64,000 nucleotides of DNA from Candidatus Hermodarchaeota archaeon. GTDB taxonomy: Archaea > Asgardarchaeota > Hermodarchaeia > Hermodarchaeales > Hermodarchaeaceae. A program made the translations under genes and the position numbers. The DNA lies in the NCBI GenBank assembly GCA_016839805.1, contig JAEOTO010000036.1:33008-97007 (forward strand), read 5' to 3'. This document shows, in pieces, positions 30,129 to 39,169 of this stretch. The notes under the pieces are model-generated. The model was not told the DNA's origin. It ran no database searches and worked only from the letters and a program-made list of their open reading frames with translations. Position 1 is the first letter of the stretch. Each line of letters begins with the position of its first letter.

Positions 30129-31325
30129 ATGACACGTGATCCAACAGCCTTTCTGAAAGAAGAGTATGAAGAGCTAGTCAAACAAGCCTTAGATTGGAGG
30201 CTCCGTGAACTCCAAGGCCCCAGCTCCCCCAGAGCCATGGTGGACGGCAAAGAAGTCATCATGCTCTGTAGTAACAATTACCTCGGATTGAGTAACCATC
30301 CCAAACTCAAACAAGCAGCTATTAACGCCATCAAAACGCATGGTGTTGGAAGTGGCAGCGTCCGCCCCATTGCTGGGAACATGGACCTTCACGAAGAACT
30401 CGAACGCAGACTGGCGAAATTCAAGGGAGCTGAAGCTAGCCTCGTTTATCAGACTGGATTTGCAGCTAATGCGGGTCTAATTCCACAAATGGCAGGAAAA
30501 GGTGATCTCATCATCAGCGACGAACTTAACCATGGATCTATCATTGATGGCGTTCGATTAACTCGAGCTGAACGGGCGATCTTCAAACACGCCGATGCCC
30601 CGGATCTCAATCGGGTGTTAAATGAAGCGAAAAAACATAAACCAAAATATCGTCGCATTCTCGTTATCACTGACGGCGTCTTCAGTATGGATGGCGATAT
30701 TGCCCCCCTAGACCAAATTGTCAAAATTGCTAAACCCCACGGTGCCATAGTGTATGTCGATGATGCCCACGGTGAAGCAGTTCTTGGTGAAGGAGGAAGA
30801 GGGATAGTCTCACACTTCAACCTCTCACACAAAGACGTCCACGTAGAAATGGGCACTTTCAGCAAAGCCTTCGGCGTCGTCGGTGGACATGTATCCGGTA
30901 GCGAATGGCTCCGAAAATATGCTCTGAATAAATCCCGCACCTGGCTCCTCAGCGGCTCCCACCCACCCCCTGTAGCCGCTGCATGCATTGCCGCTATTGA
31001 TATTCTTGAAAATGAACCCCAACACGTAAAGAATCTGTGGAAGAATACCGACTACTTCAAGAAGGCCCTCAATGATCTTGGCTTCAACACTGGAATGAGT
31101 GAAACTCCAATTACTCCCGTAATCATTGGTGAAAGTGATCAAGCTCAAAAGTTCAGTGTACGACTTTATGAAGAAGGGGTCTTTGCCTTACCTATCGTGT
31201 ACCCAATGGTTGCACGGGATACTGCTCGAATTCGCACTATTATGAACGCCGCTCTTAAAATGGAAGATCTTAATGACGCTATCACAGCTTTTGATAAAGT
31301 CGGTAAGGAACTAAACGTCACTTAA
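30129..31325 (+). CDS. kbl: glycine C-acetyltransferase (2-amino-3-ketobutyrate CoA ligase)
   Basis: CSNNYLGL, ISDELNHGSIIDGVRL, TDGVFSMDGDIAPL, VDDAHG and the PLP lysine context GTFSKAFG run collinear with Kbl/BioF-family enzymes. Threonine dehydrogenase nearby supports Kbl. Confidence 0.85.
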   Translation: MTRDPTAFLKEEYEELVKQALDWRLRELQGPSSPRAMVDGKEVIMLCSNNYLGLSNHPKLKQAAINAIKTHGVGSGSVRPIAGNMDLHEELERRLAKFKGAEASLVYQTGFAANAGLIPQMAGKGDLIISDELNHGSIIDGVRLTRAERAIFKHADAPDLNRVLNEAKKHKPKYRRILVITDGVFSMDGDIAPLDQIVKIAKPHGAIVYVDDAHGEAVLGEGGRGIVSHFNLSHKDVHVEMGTFSKAFGVVGGHVSGSEWLRKYALNKSRTWLLSGSHPPPVAAACIAAIDILENEPQHVKNLWKNTDYFKKALNDLGFNTGMSETPITPVIIGESDQAQKFSVRLYEEGVFALPIVYPMVARDTARIRTIMNAALKMEDLNDAITAFDKVGKELNVT

Positions 31326-31349
31326 CCTCTTCCTAAATAATGACACTCC

Positions 31350-32621
31350 CTATTGGTGTTTTAGTCGATCTGGCGCTGGCTGAATTGGTGGTAGATGACC
31401 TAATTTTGTCTGGGCAATGACTGTTTTGAGTCCTATTCCTTCAAGTAGTTGTTTTACGTATCGGATTTCTTCAACTGATGGACGGCAAATATCTCGACGA
31501 CGGAATGTTGGGCGGTAATCCAAAATGCAGACTTGAATGTGATCATCGATGGCGCTAAGTCGGGCTCCCCATTTATGAAGTTCAGTTTCCTTCTGATCAG
31601 AAGAGGAAAAGAATGCTGCATTATATGGTAATCCAACACCCATGAAGATTTGATTTGGATAATAATAATCTGCAATATATTTCACTGCCGCCCAAGAAGT
31701 TTCCAAATATTGTCGAGCTAATGTAGGTTCAGTAATACCTGTAATGATTTGGTAAGTAGCAAGTTGGACAGCTTTCAGATCAGGTCCAATATCAGTGATG
31801 CCTGCCAATACAAGTTCATCAATGTAATCAGGTGTGAGAATCGATGCGTTTGTATCTAAATGTAACCGGGCATCAGGATCAGGATTGAGAGACTTCAGTT
31901 CACTGAAAAACTGGGTCAACCACCTTCGGTTCAGGGTTGGTTCTCCACCTGAAATGGCAAGACGGTTAACGTGGTATTTTTTACGGAGTCTAGTAAGTAT
32001 TTCCGCAGCTTCGTGAGGTGTGACTGCTGGTGCACGGCTATTATAGGTTGTATCGAAATTCTGACAGGTTTTACATCTGAGATTGCAACCTGCGGTGAAA
32101 CAGGCTACTTCAATATATGAGAATCGGGATCTACCAAAATTTTTTGCACTCCCGGGAGTTCCAACACCACCAACTGGGTGAGGGCTGTACCATCCAACAA
32201 TTCTGTGGGGTATGAAATCCTCTGGTAGCTTCGTCTGAATGTGTTGACCTGCTTTTACCGGCATGTGACAACTACGAAGTATTTTACTGTCAACTAATAC
32301 CAAACATGAAAAACACCCTCCTGTCTGACAGGGGGCAAATATGTCAGGTGAGTGGGGAAAACGGGAAAAGCGGATGCCTAGCGTTTCAAGAGCGGTTTTG
32401 ATAGTGACCTGACTGGGCACACTAACCGGTTGTTCATCGACGATGATAGTTATCTCAGGTTTTATTTTCTGTTTGATTGGTTCAATAGCTTCTCTATAAC
32501 ATGCCAAATAGCATGATTGACACCCGATACATGCTTGGGGACTTGGACAACTCACCGCTTCAGTACAAAATCCGCAATTCCAGCATTTATCAAGGTTCCG
32601 ACGATAGATCTGATGAACCAT
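31350..32621 (-). CDS. radical SAM protein (PflA/AmrS-like core) with N-terminal 4Fe-4S ferredoxin and 2Fe-2S-like domains
   Basis: N-terminus: CWNCGFCTEAVSCP...CIGCQSCYLAC. A beta-grasp-like segment ends CQTGGCFSCLV...SCH. The radical SAM motifs are GCNLRCKTCQN and AISGGEPTL. Confidence 0.8.
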   Translation of the reverse strand: MVHQIYRRNLDKCWNCGFCTEAVSCPSPQACIGCQSCYLACYREAIEPIKQKIKPEITIIVDEQPVSVPSQVTIKTALETLGIRFSRFPHSPDIFAPCQTGGCFSCLVLVDSKILRSCHMPVKAGQHIQTKLPEDFIPHRIVGWYSPHPVGGVGTPGSAKNFGRSRFSYIEVACFTAGCNLRCKTCQNFDTTYNSRAPAVTPHEAAEILTRLRKKYHVNRLAISGGEPTLNRRWLTQFFSELKSLNPDPDARLHLDTNASILTPDYIDELVLAGITDIGPDLKAVQLATYQIITGITEPTLARQYLETSWAAVKYIADYYYPNQIFMGVGLPYNAAFFSSSDQKETELHKWGARLSAIDDHIQVCILDYRPTFRRRDICRPSVEEIRYVKQLLEGIGLKTVIAQTKLGHLPPIQPAPDRLKHQ

Positions 32622-32846
32622 GGGTCTAGCCCTAATATTCCTTGATACTATTGTTTGAGATTAACAGCAGCTGTTAAGTATTATGGCAGAACGTCAGAAA
32701 TCTCTGATTCATAACAGTCTAGATCTGTCATTTCGTAAGAATTTCGGAGAAGGAAGATTAAAAACCCATATTCTCCTCACCATAATAAGAAGTAGGTGTG
32801 GACAGTTGTCTGTCCGCATTAGATTCATATATTGGCGGAATGAAAA

Positions 32847-33452
32847 ATGGCTGATTTTGAAAAATACCATATTCAACGGGGACACGTCATGCGTGTTCCC
32901 GAAGAGATGAATAATGATTTTGGTGACGGTGATTGTTATCTTGTTGATACAGGACCACTCATCTATCTGTGGTGCGGAAGCAGAGCCACCGTTGATGAGC
33001 GCTTCATTGGTGCAGTCACCTCAGTCTGGCGTGACCAAGCCCGCGAAGGTGTAGCGCGCCTTGTCACCGTGGAGGCTCGAAGTGAACCCCCTGCATTCCT
33101 GGACCTTTTTGGTGGTAAAATTTACGTCACCGACCAAGATACCGAGGGCATATTGAAGAAAGTCATCTTAGAGAAACACGAGTTCAAACTTTTCCGGTTA
33201 AACATCGTAGGAGGTGTCCATCTTTTCATCGAGGTTCCCCGTGACCGAAATAGCCTCAAATCTGATGATGTCTATATCCTCGACACATTCGATAAGATCT
33301 ATATCTGGCGTGGTAGTTCCTCAACGGGACATGAAAAATTCCATGCGATGCTCATTGCTCGAAGGTATGACTATGAACGGGCAGGAGCTCAGAACATTGT
33401 ACTGATAGAAGATGGAGAAGAAACAAAAGAATTTTTACAGGCATTAGGATGA
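32847..33452 (+). CDS. two-domain gelsolin/cofilin-like actin-regulator homolog (2DGel-like)
   Basis: 201 aa with two gelsolin-repeat patterns. Repeat 1: DGDCYLVDTGPLIYLWCGSRATVDERF...EPPAFLDLFGGKIYV. Repeat 2: KLFRLN...LKSDDVYILDTFDKIYIWRGSSSTGHEKFHAMLIA...IEDGEETKEFLQAL. Confidence 0.8.
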   Translation: MADFEKYHIQRGHVMRVPEEMNNDFGDGDCYLVDTGPLIYLWCGSRATVDERFIGAVTSVWRDQAREGVARLVTVEARSEPPAFLDLFGGKIYVTDQDTEGILKKVILEKHEFKLFRLNIVGGVHLFIEVPRDRNSLKSDDVYILDTFDKIYIWRGSSSTGHEKFHAMLIARRYDYERAGAQNIVLIEDGEETKEFLQALG

Positions 33453-33905
33453 AAAATTTGGTAAAAATGCCCTATGTGTACAATTAAAATATTAACCTCA
33501 AAACGTATTAAATCACAGTGAATTTATTCAATATATCATAATTAACATAGTATTACAATTAAAACAAACAATAAATGGGACTTTAAGATAGATTTTTTCA
33601 TAATTTTTACTGTTGAATAGCCAATTCAAGACCTTAAAAATAATAATTGTTACATTAAATTTTAGGTGTTAGATTGGACTATTTGATATTTTTATACAAT
33701 ATTAGAAAGAATACTGTATTAATATTTATTAAATAGAATAAGGTATGACTGGAAAGTATTACGACACTTTTATAAAGACAATTCTTTAAAAAATACAAGG
33801 AAAAATTTTGTTAATAGTTCATTTGAAAAGTTAGGCTATTTCATAGGGATTTTTATGTAACCAATTCTTATTTTTTCTAAACTAATATTCTCTGGAAGAT
33901 TACGA
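33453..33905. other. ~450-bp strongly AT-rich non-coding island
   Basis: No ORF is present. The composition is visibly far more AT-rich than the flanking coding DNA. It contains several TATA-like runs and short repeats (e.g. TACAATTAAAA twice). Confidence 0.5.
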
Positions 33906-34316
33906 ATGACCAACAACCAAGATCAGCTCGAAGGATTCGTCGCAGATGTTCTATTACCTCGCATTGACGAAGTAATGGATGCTGCAGCTAATGGCGTGGA
34001 TGAAATACAACTCAGGGATCTATTTGCTCGTAACATTTTCGATGCATTGAAGTTTTTCTATGAACGATGGACTTCTGTCTATCTGGATATGCATGGACAG
34101 GAGAAAACAACGCATGCGAGTCGAACACTAGATAAGTTATTTCAGGATGTCATTGAAGTTCCAGAGGAACTATTGCAGGAAACCTTAGTGAAAGCACTCT
34201 GGTATTTGTTAGCGATTAGCCTTGAAGATATGGATAATGTTCCTGTCTTTCCCGACGAGCTCACGTTTACCGGATTAGGATCTGCAATTAAAAATGCGAC
34301 GCGGCGTATATCATAA
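33906..34316 (+). CDS. hypothetical helical protein
   Basis: 136-aa ORF with protein-like composition and no recognisable motif. Confidence 0.45.
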   Translation: MTNNQDQLEGFVADVLLPRIDEVMDAAANGVDEIQLRDLFARNIFDALKFFYERWTSVYLDMHGQEKTTHASRTLDKLFQDVIEVPEELLQETLVKALWYLLAISLEDMDNVPVFPDELTFTGLGSAIKNATRRIS

Positions 34317-34413
34317 CGTCAGGGGCTTTTTGGGGAATCGTTCTTTTATATAACCACTACGCTTTTGTATTGAATTCTCTGCTTTGATCGAGTATATTCG
34401 GAGTCATTTGAGT

Positions 34414-35295
34414 ATGAGTTTCTTAACAGCAAAAGACTGGCAAGAGCCGGTTATGACCCAGATTCTTATCCCGTTGCAAGGGATTCCTGCGGAGGCTAAC
34501 ATTATTAGTCTTGGGTTTTCCTTGGCTGAAAGCTCCAAAGCCCAGATCAAGATTCTGCATTGTAAGGAGCGGTTCGGAAAAACAGATGAAGCATTGCTAA
34601 ATCAGCTGATAAAACATAGCCAATCTCTTTCCAAACGACTTAAGGTTCCCTTTGATTTTGAACGAGTCAAACGAGTCCGGGCTTCAGATGCGATCTTAAA
34701 GTCTAGCAATGAATCAGGTTGCGATTTAGTTATCATGGGTATTGCTGAAAAACCAACTCACAAGTACCTGCTAGGATCAACGGTCCGACGTGTTGCGCGT
34801 AAAAGTAAGATACCTGTTTTAGTAGTTGTCTCCTGGTTGAACGATTTCAAGGACCGTCAAAAGTTTAAGATTCAGAAAATACTCCTACCGATTCGGAAAA
34901 CTAGCAAAGACATTACCGCGCTTCGGCTGGCTGCAGCGCTAAAAAAGAGTTCTGCTGCTCAAGAAGCTGAGCTTATCGCGTTAAACCTTACTCACTTTCC
35001 AGAGGTTGTTAATCAAAAACCGCTTGATACACCTGAAATAAAAGTAGCACGCGAGCTCTTCATTGATGATATCACCATTTTTTCAGAACAAACAGGACTG
35101 AAGATAACGCCTAGACATGTTGCTGTTCAAAAGATTGGGGAGTCAACACTGGAGATTGCAGCTAAGGAGAAATCCGATCTCATAATACTTGGTGCTCATC
35201 GTAAGCCAGGTCGGTTTCGTAGCACTTTGGGAAGTGTTTCCCAAGAAATTGCCTTGGAAGCTCCCACTACTGTAGTGATTACTTTCACCCCTTAA
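34414..35295 (+). CDS. tandem universal stress protein (UspA) domains
   Basis: Two USP repeats. Repeat 1: ILIPLQG...CDLVIMG...LGSTVRRVARKSKIPVLVV. Repeat 2: KILLPIRK...SDLIILGAHRK...LGSVSQEIALEAPTTVVI. The start is ambiguous (34384 TTG, 34414 ATG or 34453 ATG). Confidence 0.75.
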   Translation: MSFLTAKDWQEPVMTQILIPLQGIPAEANIISLGFSLAESSKAQIKILHCKERFGKTDEALLNQLIKHSQSLSKRLKVPFDFERVKRVRASDAILKSSNESGCDLVIMGIAEKPTHKYLLGSTVRRVARKSKIPVLVVVSWLNDFKDRQKFKIQKILLPIRKTSKDITALRLAAALKKSSAAQEAELIALNLTHFPEVVNQKPLDTPEIKVARELFIDDITIFSEQTGLKITPRHVAVQKIGESTLEIAAKEKSDLIILGAHRKPGRFRSTLGSVSQEIALEAPTTVVITFTP

Positions 35296-35391
35296 CTATC
35301 AATAGATATTTGTCGTAGCCTGATAAATCGAATAGGTTATTGCTTAACAAGCAAATGAAAAAATAAACAAGGCTGGCTAATGGTGTAAATA

Positions 35392-36306
35392 CTATTTTTC
35401 AGTATCGTAAGTTTCGATGAATTCTTCCACTTCATATGCTGCAGGTAATCCGGCTCTGGCACCAGGTTGCATAACTTGTAAGGAGGCGCAAGCACTTGAT
35501 CGCTTAACGACTTCCTCTAAAGGAAGCTGCTGTAGGTAGAAATGAATGAATCCAGCTGCATAAGCATCACCCGCACCTGTTGTGTCAACAACTTCGACGT
35601 TAAAGGTTGGGGTATGAAATGCGGTTTTATGTGAAGCTGTAATAGAACCTTTCCTTCCTAACGTGACGCTTAGGACCTCAAGATTACCTTCAATCTCTGA
35701 TTGAACATTGGAGAGAGTTGGAGGTTCTTTGAAGATGCGTGCAAAGACGATTTCGTTTATGAAAACAATCGAAAAACTTCGTAGCATCTTACGAAATGCA
35801 TCAATCGATTGATTCGCGATGTCCTCGCCCACATCAAGTGAAGACCGTACCCCTACTTCTCTACAAGTTGTTGCCAATTTTTTGGCAATTGGGATAGTAA
35901 CACTTGCAGCATAAGCTATGTCAATACCTTCTAACAATTTGGGTGTCAAATCATCTGGAGATAGTCGACTATTAGCTCCCCGAAATCGGAGTTTTGTTGA
36001 CTGCCCCTCTTCACTAATCAGAACAATTACAAAACCTGTAGCAAGATCTTTTTCTAAAATTACTCGTGAAGTGTCCACACCTTCTTCTTTTAAGGTTTGC
36101 AGAGCCTCATAACCTTCGGTGTCATCTCCAACGTGTCCGAATAGCGATACTTTGGTTCCAAGGCGGGCCAAGCTAACTGCAAAATTACTGGCTGCACCAC
36201 CAGGGTGCACTTCGAATTTTTGAATATTTCCTTTTTCATCGGGGACTGGAAGATGAGATAAAGTGCAAATCCAATCCAGATTGATGTTCCCGATTGCCAG
36301 TATCAT
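35392..36306 (-). CDS. PfkB-family carbohydrate/nucleoside kinase
   Basis: The N-terminus is ILAIGNINLDW, followed by GGAASNFA and the C-terminal DTTGAGDAYAAGFI signature. Confidence 0.8.
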   Translation of the reverse strand: MILAIGNINLDWICTLSHLPVPDEKGNIQKFEVHPGGAASNFAVSLARLGTKVSLFGHVGDDTEGYEALQTLKEEGVDTSRVILEKDLATGFVIVLISEEGQSTKLRFRGANSRLSPDDLTPKLLEGIDIAYAASVTIPIAKKLATTCREVGVRSSLDVGEDIANQSIDAFRKMLRSFSIVFINEIVFARIFKEPPTLSNVQSEIEGNLEVLSVTLGRKGSITASHKTAFHTPTFNVEVVDTTGAGDAYAAGFIHFYLQQLPLEEVVKRSSACASLQVMQPGARAGLPAAYEVEEFIETYDTEK

Positions 36307-36528
36307 CGAGTCTCGACTCTTATTCTTTTACAGTATTCTTGGTAATATGTCTTTATCCCCTAGCATGATTAGTTTCTAATGGCCAGTTTGTCAATAGCCG
36401 GAACTACGAATTGGATCTCCGTTCATCTCCATCTGCGATCCTTTGTCTTTTATTTATCTAGCTTCCGTGAACGACGTTCACGCATTGAGTCGTTCCGAAA
36501 AAGTGTGTAATGAATACCATAAAATGAC

Positions 36529-37494
36529 TTAACGTTTCGTGATATTGAAAGATTTAACACTAGAACCGTGTTTCCTAGATTTACGGGTTTCCTCAAAGCC
36601 CACGCGTTCCTTAATGGTCGGAATGAGTTGAGCATCAATTTCATACCCGTAGCAATTTCGATGTGTTTTCATAGCAACCTTCATTGTCGTGCCAGTGCCA
36701 AGGAAGGGATCAACAATAGTATCACCAATAACTGAAAACATACGGATTAGTCGATAGGCGATTTCTTCAGGAAACGCTGCGATTCGTCGTGAAAGTTGCG
36801 GGTTCTCCTGTCGTGCCCCTGGCAGTTGCCAAATTTGTGTGAACCATGCATTCCTTTCGTCAAGGGTGTAACTGCTAGCATACCTGTACAAATCCTTTGG
36901 TGGAAATGGACGCGAAGAGCCTTTCCGAAAAATGAGAATGAATTCACAATCTTGAGTTATATAGGCATTCGGTGGAAGGAAACCAGATCCAAGAAACGCA
37001 TTGGGACGTTTTGTGGGTTTTTTCCAGAGAATATAAGGGAGACTTGTGAAACCAATTGCTTCGCAATTCTCAATGACTTTGACGTGATTTGGGAAGAGTT
37101 GAAAGTTACCATCGATTTTACGTAATGCATCGCCAATATTAATGCAAGCGATACCACCATCGATTAAAATTCGATAGCATTCTTTCCAAGTCGTTGCGAG
37201 AAAGCTGTGCATGGCATTAAAATCAAAACAGCCCATTGTCTCAAATAGGTCATCCCAGAGTTCAATCATGGGATAAGGAGGCGAGGTTACGATTAGATGA
37301 ACAGAAGAATCTGCCACTTCAGGCATGTGGCGACTATCACCAACTATTAGATGGTGTTTGGTAGAAGGGATTTCTAATTCATTACCTTCAAGCATAATTT
37401 CTAATTGTCGTTCGGGAAAGGTAGCAGACTTTGGTTTCTTCATGGAACGGCGGGTTTTCTTATCGAGCTCACTATGCAAAGTCGCACCATCCAC
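36529..37494 (-). CDS. beta-class N6-adenine/N4-cytosine DNA methyltransferase (N6_N4_Mtase family), no adjacent endonuclease
   Basis: Catalytic motif IV (VHLIVTSPPY) precedes SAM motif I (DPFLGTGTTMKVA...GYEID), which is the beta-class order. The start is either GTG 37494 or ATG 37443. Confidence 0.85.
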   Translation of the reverse strand: MDGATLHSELDKKTRRSMKKPKSATFPERQLEIMLEGNELEIPSTKHHLIVGDSRHMPEVADSSVHLIVTSPPYPMIELWDDLFETMGCFDFNAMHSFLATTWKECYRILIDGGIACINIGDALRKIDGNFQLFPNHVKVIENCEAIGFTSLPYILWKKPTKRPNAFLGSGFLPPNAYITQDCEFILIFRKGSSRPFPPKDLYRYASSYTLDERNAWFTQIWQLPGARQENPQLSRRIAAFPEEIAYRLIRMFSVIGDTIVDPFLGTGTTMKVAMKTHRNCYGYEIDAQLIPTIKERVGFEETRKSRKHGSSVKSFNITKR

Positions 37495-37554
37495 CCCCTC
37501 AAATATCCCTCAATCGCTAAATATTCTTTGCCTATAGTATGATTGTCCCATATC

Positions 37555-38298
37555 CTATAATGAAATAATTAATCGGGCAATGTCTGACTCCGTTAATTCA
37601 AGGATTCCCTTGTTTTCCATATCTTTCAAAACTCGTGTAGTAATCGCTGGAGGCGTTTTTGCTATCCTCTTAATTTCTGCAACAGGAACCTCCTTCTGGT
37701 GGATTAAAACAGCTAGGATATCCAACTCAGGAGGTTCCAATCCTTCCGTTAACAAAAAATCTGCCACAGGATTGTCTTTTCGGATACGGCTAGTTTTTTC
37801 TTTAGCCTTTGCCAAGTCTTCTTCATACCGGGATAAATCTCGTTTCTTTTTAGCATCACGATTCTCAAGCTTACTCTGGAGTTCTCCGAGCTTTGCCTTT
37901 TGAGCTTGTAATCCCATCTGGTGTTCTGCAAGATCTTTTTCTTCTACATTGATTCGACTTTGAGTCTCTATAAGGGTTGCATTTAGCACAGCAATTTGCT
38001 GTTGGTGTTCACTTAGTTCAGTGTATAGTCCAGCAATTTTTGCTTCGATAACACTACCCGTTTCTCGAAGCTGAGCTAGCTGCTCCTGATGATAATTAAT
38101 CATCTCTCGCTGTTCTTGAATTTGTGAATCTGATAGTTGAAATTCTCGTTCAATCCGCGTTAAAATTTGCAGGCTTCCAACAACTTCCTTGACTAATGTG
38201 GAGATTTGGCTGCGAAAGGATTCACGTAGCGCCTTCATGTGGGCTTGGTTTTGTTCCATGACCTGTTGGAGTTGTTTAATTTCTGACATCTTTCTCAC
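37555..38298 (-). CDS. coiled-coil protein with C-terminal winged-helix domain, type A copy 1 (uncharacterised)
   Basis: 247 aa. The first ~170 aa are heptad-rich and rich in Q/E/K/L. The C-terminus KDNPVADFLLTEGLEPPELDILAVLIHQKEVPVAEIKRIAKTPPAITTRVLKDMENKGILEL resembles MarR/TrmB-type wHTH. The start has GGTGA 5 nt upstream and lies 13 nt after the stop of the preceding gene. Confidence 0.75.
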   Translation of the reverse strand: MRKMSEIKQLQQVMEQNQAHMKALRESFRSQISTLVKEVVGSLQILTRIEREFQLSDSQIQEQREMINYHQEQLAQLRETGSVIEAKIAGLYTELSEHQQQIAVLNATLIETQSRINVEEKDLAEHQMGLQAQKAKLGELQSKLENRDAKKKRDLSRYEEDLAKAKEKTSRIRKDNPVADFLLTEGLEPPELDILAVLIHQKEVPVAEIKRIAKTPPAITTRVLKDMENKGILELTESDIARLIISL

Positions 38299-38311
38299 CT
38301 ATTTCATTCCA

Positions 38312-39058
38312 TCACAAATCAATCGAGGAAAGAACCTTGACCTCCCCTGAACCTTTATCAAATTTAACAATTTTTTGTTCGTCCATTTTAATGAGAATTT
38401 CTTTCACCTTGAATCGTCCAATGAATGTAGTTTTCTGGAGGTGATCTATAGTCGTCGATTCCTTCCCCTTGAGTTCTGCAGCCACTTTGGCTTCGGGCAT
38501 TGTAATGATATTTTCTCGAAGAAGATAGCGGAGCGCCTTAAACTTAGCTTCCAATAATTCGGCTTCCATAATAGCTTCAGAAGATTTCGATTCAAGTTGT
38601 TGGATTTTTTCGGTAAATTGATCATCACCGGCAACAAGCTTAGCTTCAATATCAGCTATTATGGCACTATTATTTCGCGATGAACGCTCAATATTCCGAA
38701 TTTGGTCCTCCAAGTTCTCAAGCGTTTTTTGTGCAGCACCAACCTCTTGCTGAAGCTTTTCTCGCTCAGCCCTTGCCTCCTCAATCGCCTTTGTTTGAGT
38801 GGAATCCACAGTCTCAAGCTTACTCTTTTCTCGACTTTCAGCTGTGAGTTCCCCCTCTAATGAGGAAACCTCACGGTTCAACTCTTCTTCAGTCGCTTTC
38901 TTATTTTCCCAAATTTCTTGTAAATGAGCTGATAACTGAAGAAGACGATCAACCTCATTGAGGATAATTTTGAGTTCCTTTTGAGTCGATGTAGCCAATT
39001 CTTTGACAACAGATTGATTCTTCTTAAGCGAGCCCATTAATGAAGGAATTCCAGTCAT
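38312..39058 (-). CDS. coiled-coil protein with C-terminal winged-helix domain, type B copy 1 (uncharacterised)
   Basis: 248 aa. The N-terminus is MTGIPSLMGSLKKN, followed by a long heptad region. The C-terminus is ALRYLLRENIITMPEAKVAAELKGKESTTIDHLQKTTFIGRFKVKEILIKMDEQKIV. Confidence 0.75.
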   Translation of the reverse strand: MTGIPSLMGSLKKNQSVVKELATSTQKELKIILNEVDRLLQLSAHLQEIWENKKATEEELNREVSSLEGELTAESREKSKLETVDSTQTKAIEEARAEREKLQQEVGAAQKTLENLEDQIRNIERSSRNNSAIIADIEAKLVAGDDQFTEKIQQLESKSSEAIMEAELLEAKFKALRYLLRENIITMPEAKVAAELKGKESTTIDHLQKTTFIGRFKVKEILIKMDEQKIVKFDKGSGEVKVLSSIDL

Positions 39059-39169
39059 GAATCACAACCTTCCAATTCATCATTTAGTATTCTATTCTAA
39101 CCTAGATAATTGAAGTTCCTTAGTAATGAAATCCCTAAAGGATTTTGCTATTCGTGGTCCTTTGAGAGT

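Noticed and set aside
33453-33905. Replication origin call for the AT-rich island
   Set aside because: No ORB or mini-ORB-like inverted repeats are present and no orc1/cdc6 or other replication gene is nearby. AT-richness alone is insufficient, so it is reported only as an unexplained island.
36466-36482. 17-nt perfect palindrome cgtgaacgAcgttcacg as a distinct regulatory element
   Set aside because: It is a single occurrence downstream of the methyltransferase stop. It is most simply a transcript-end hairpin, and nothing else supports a specific function. It is mentioned under the MTase finding only.
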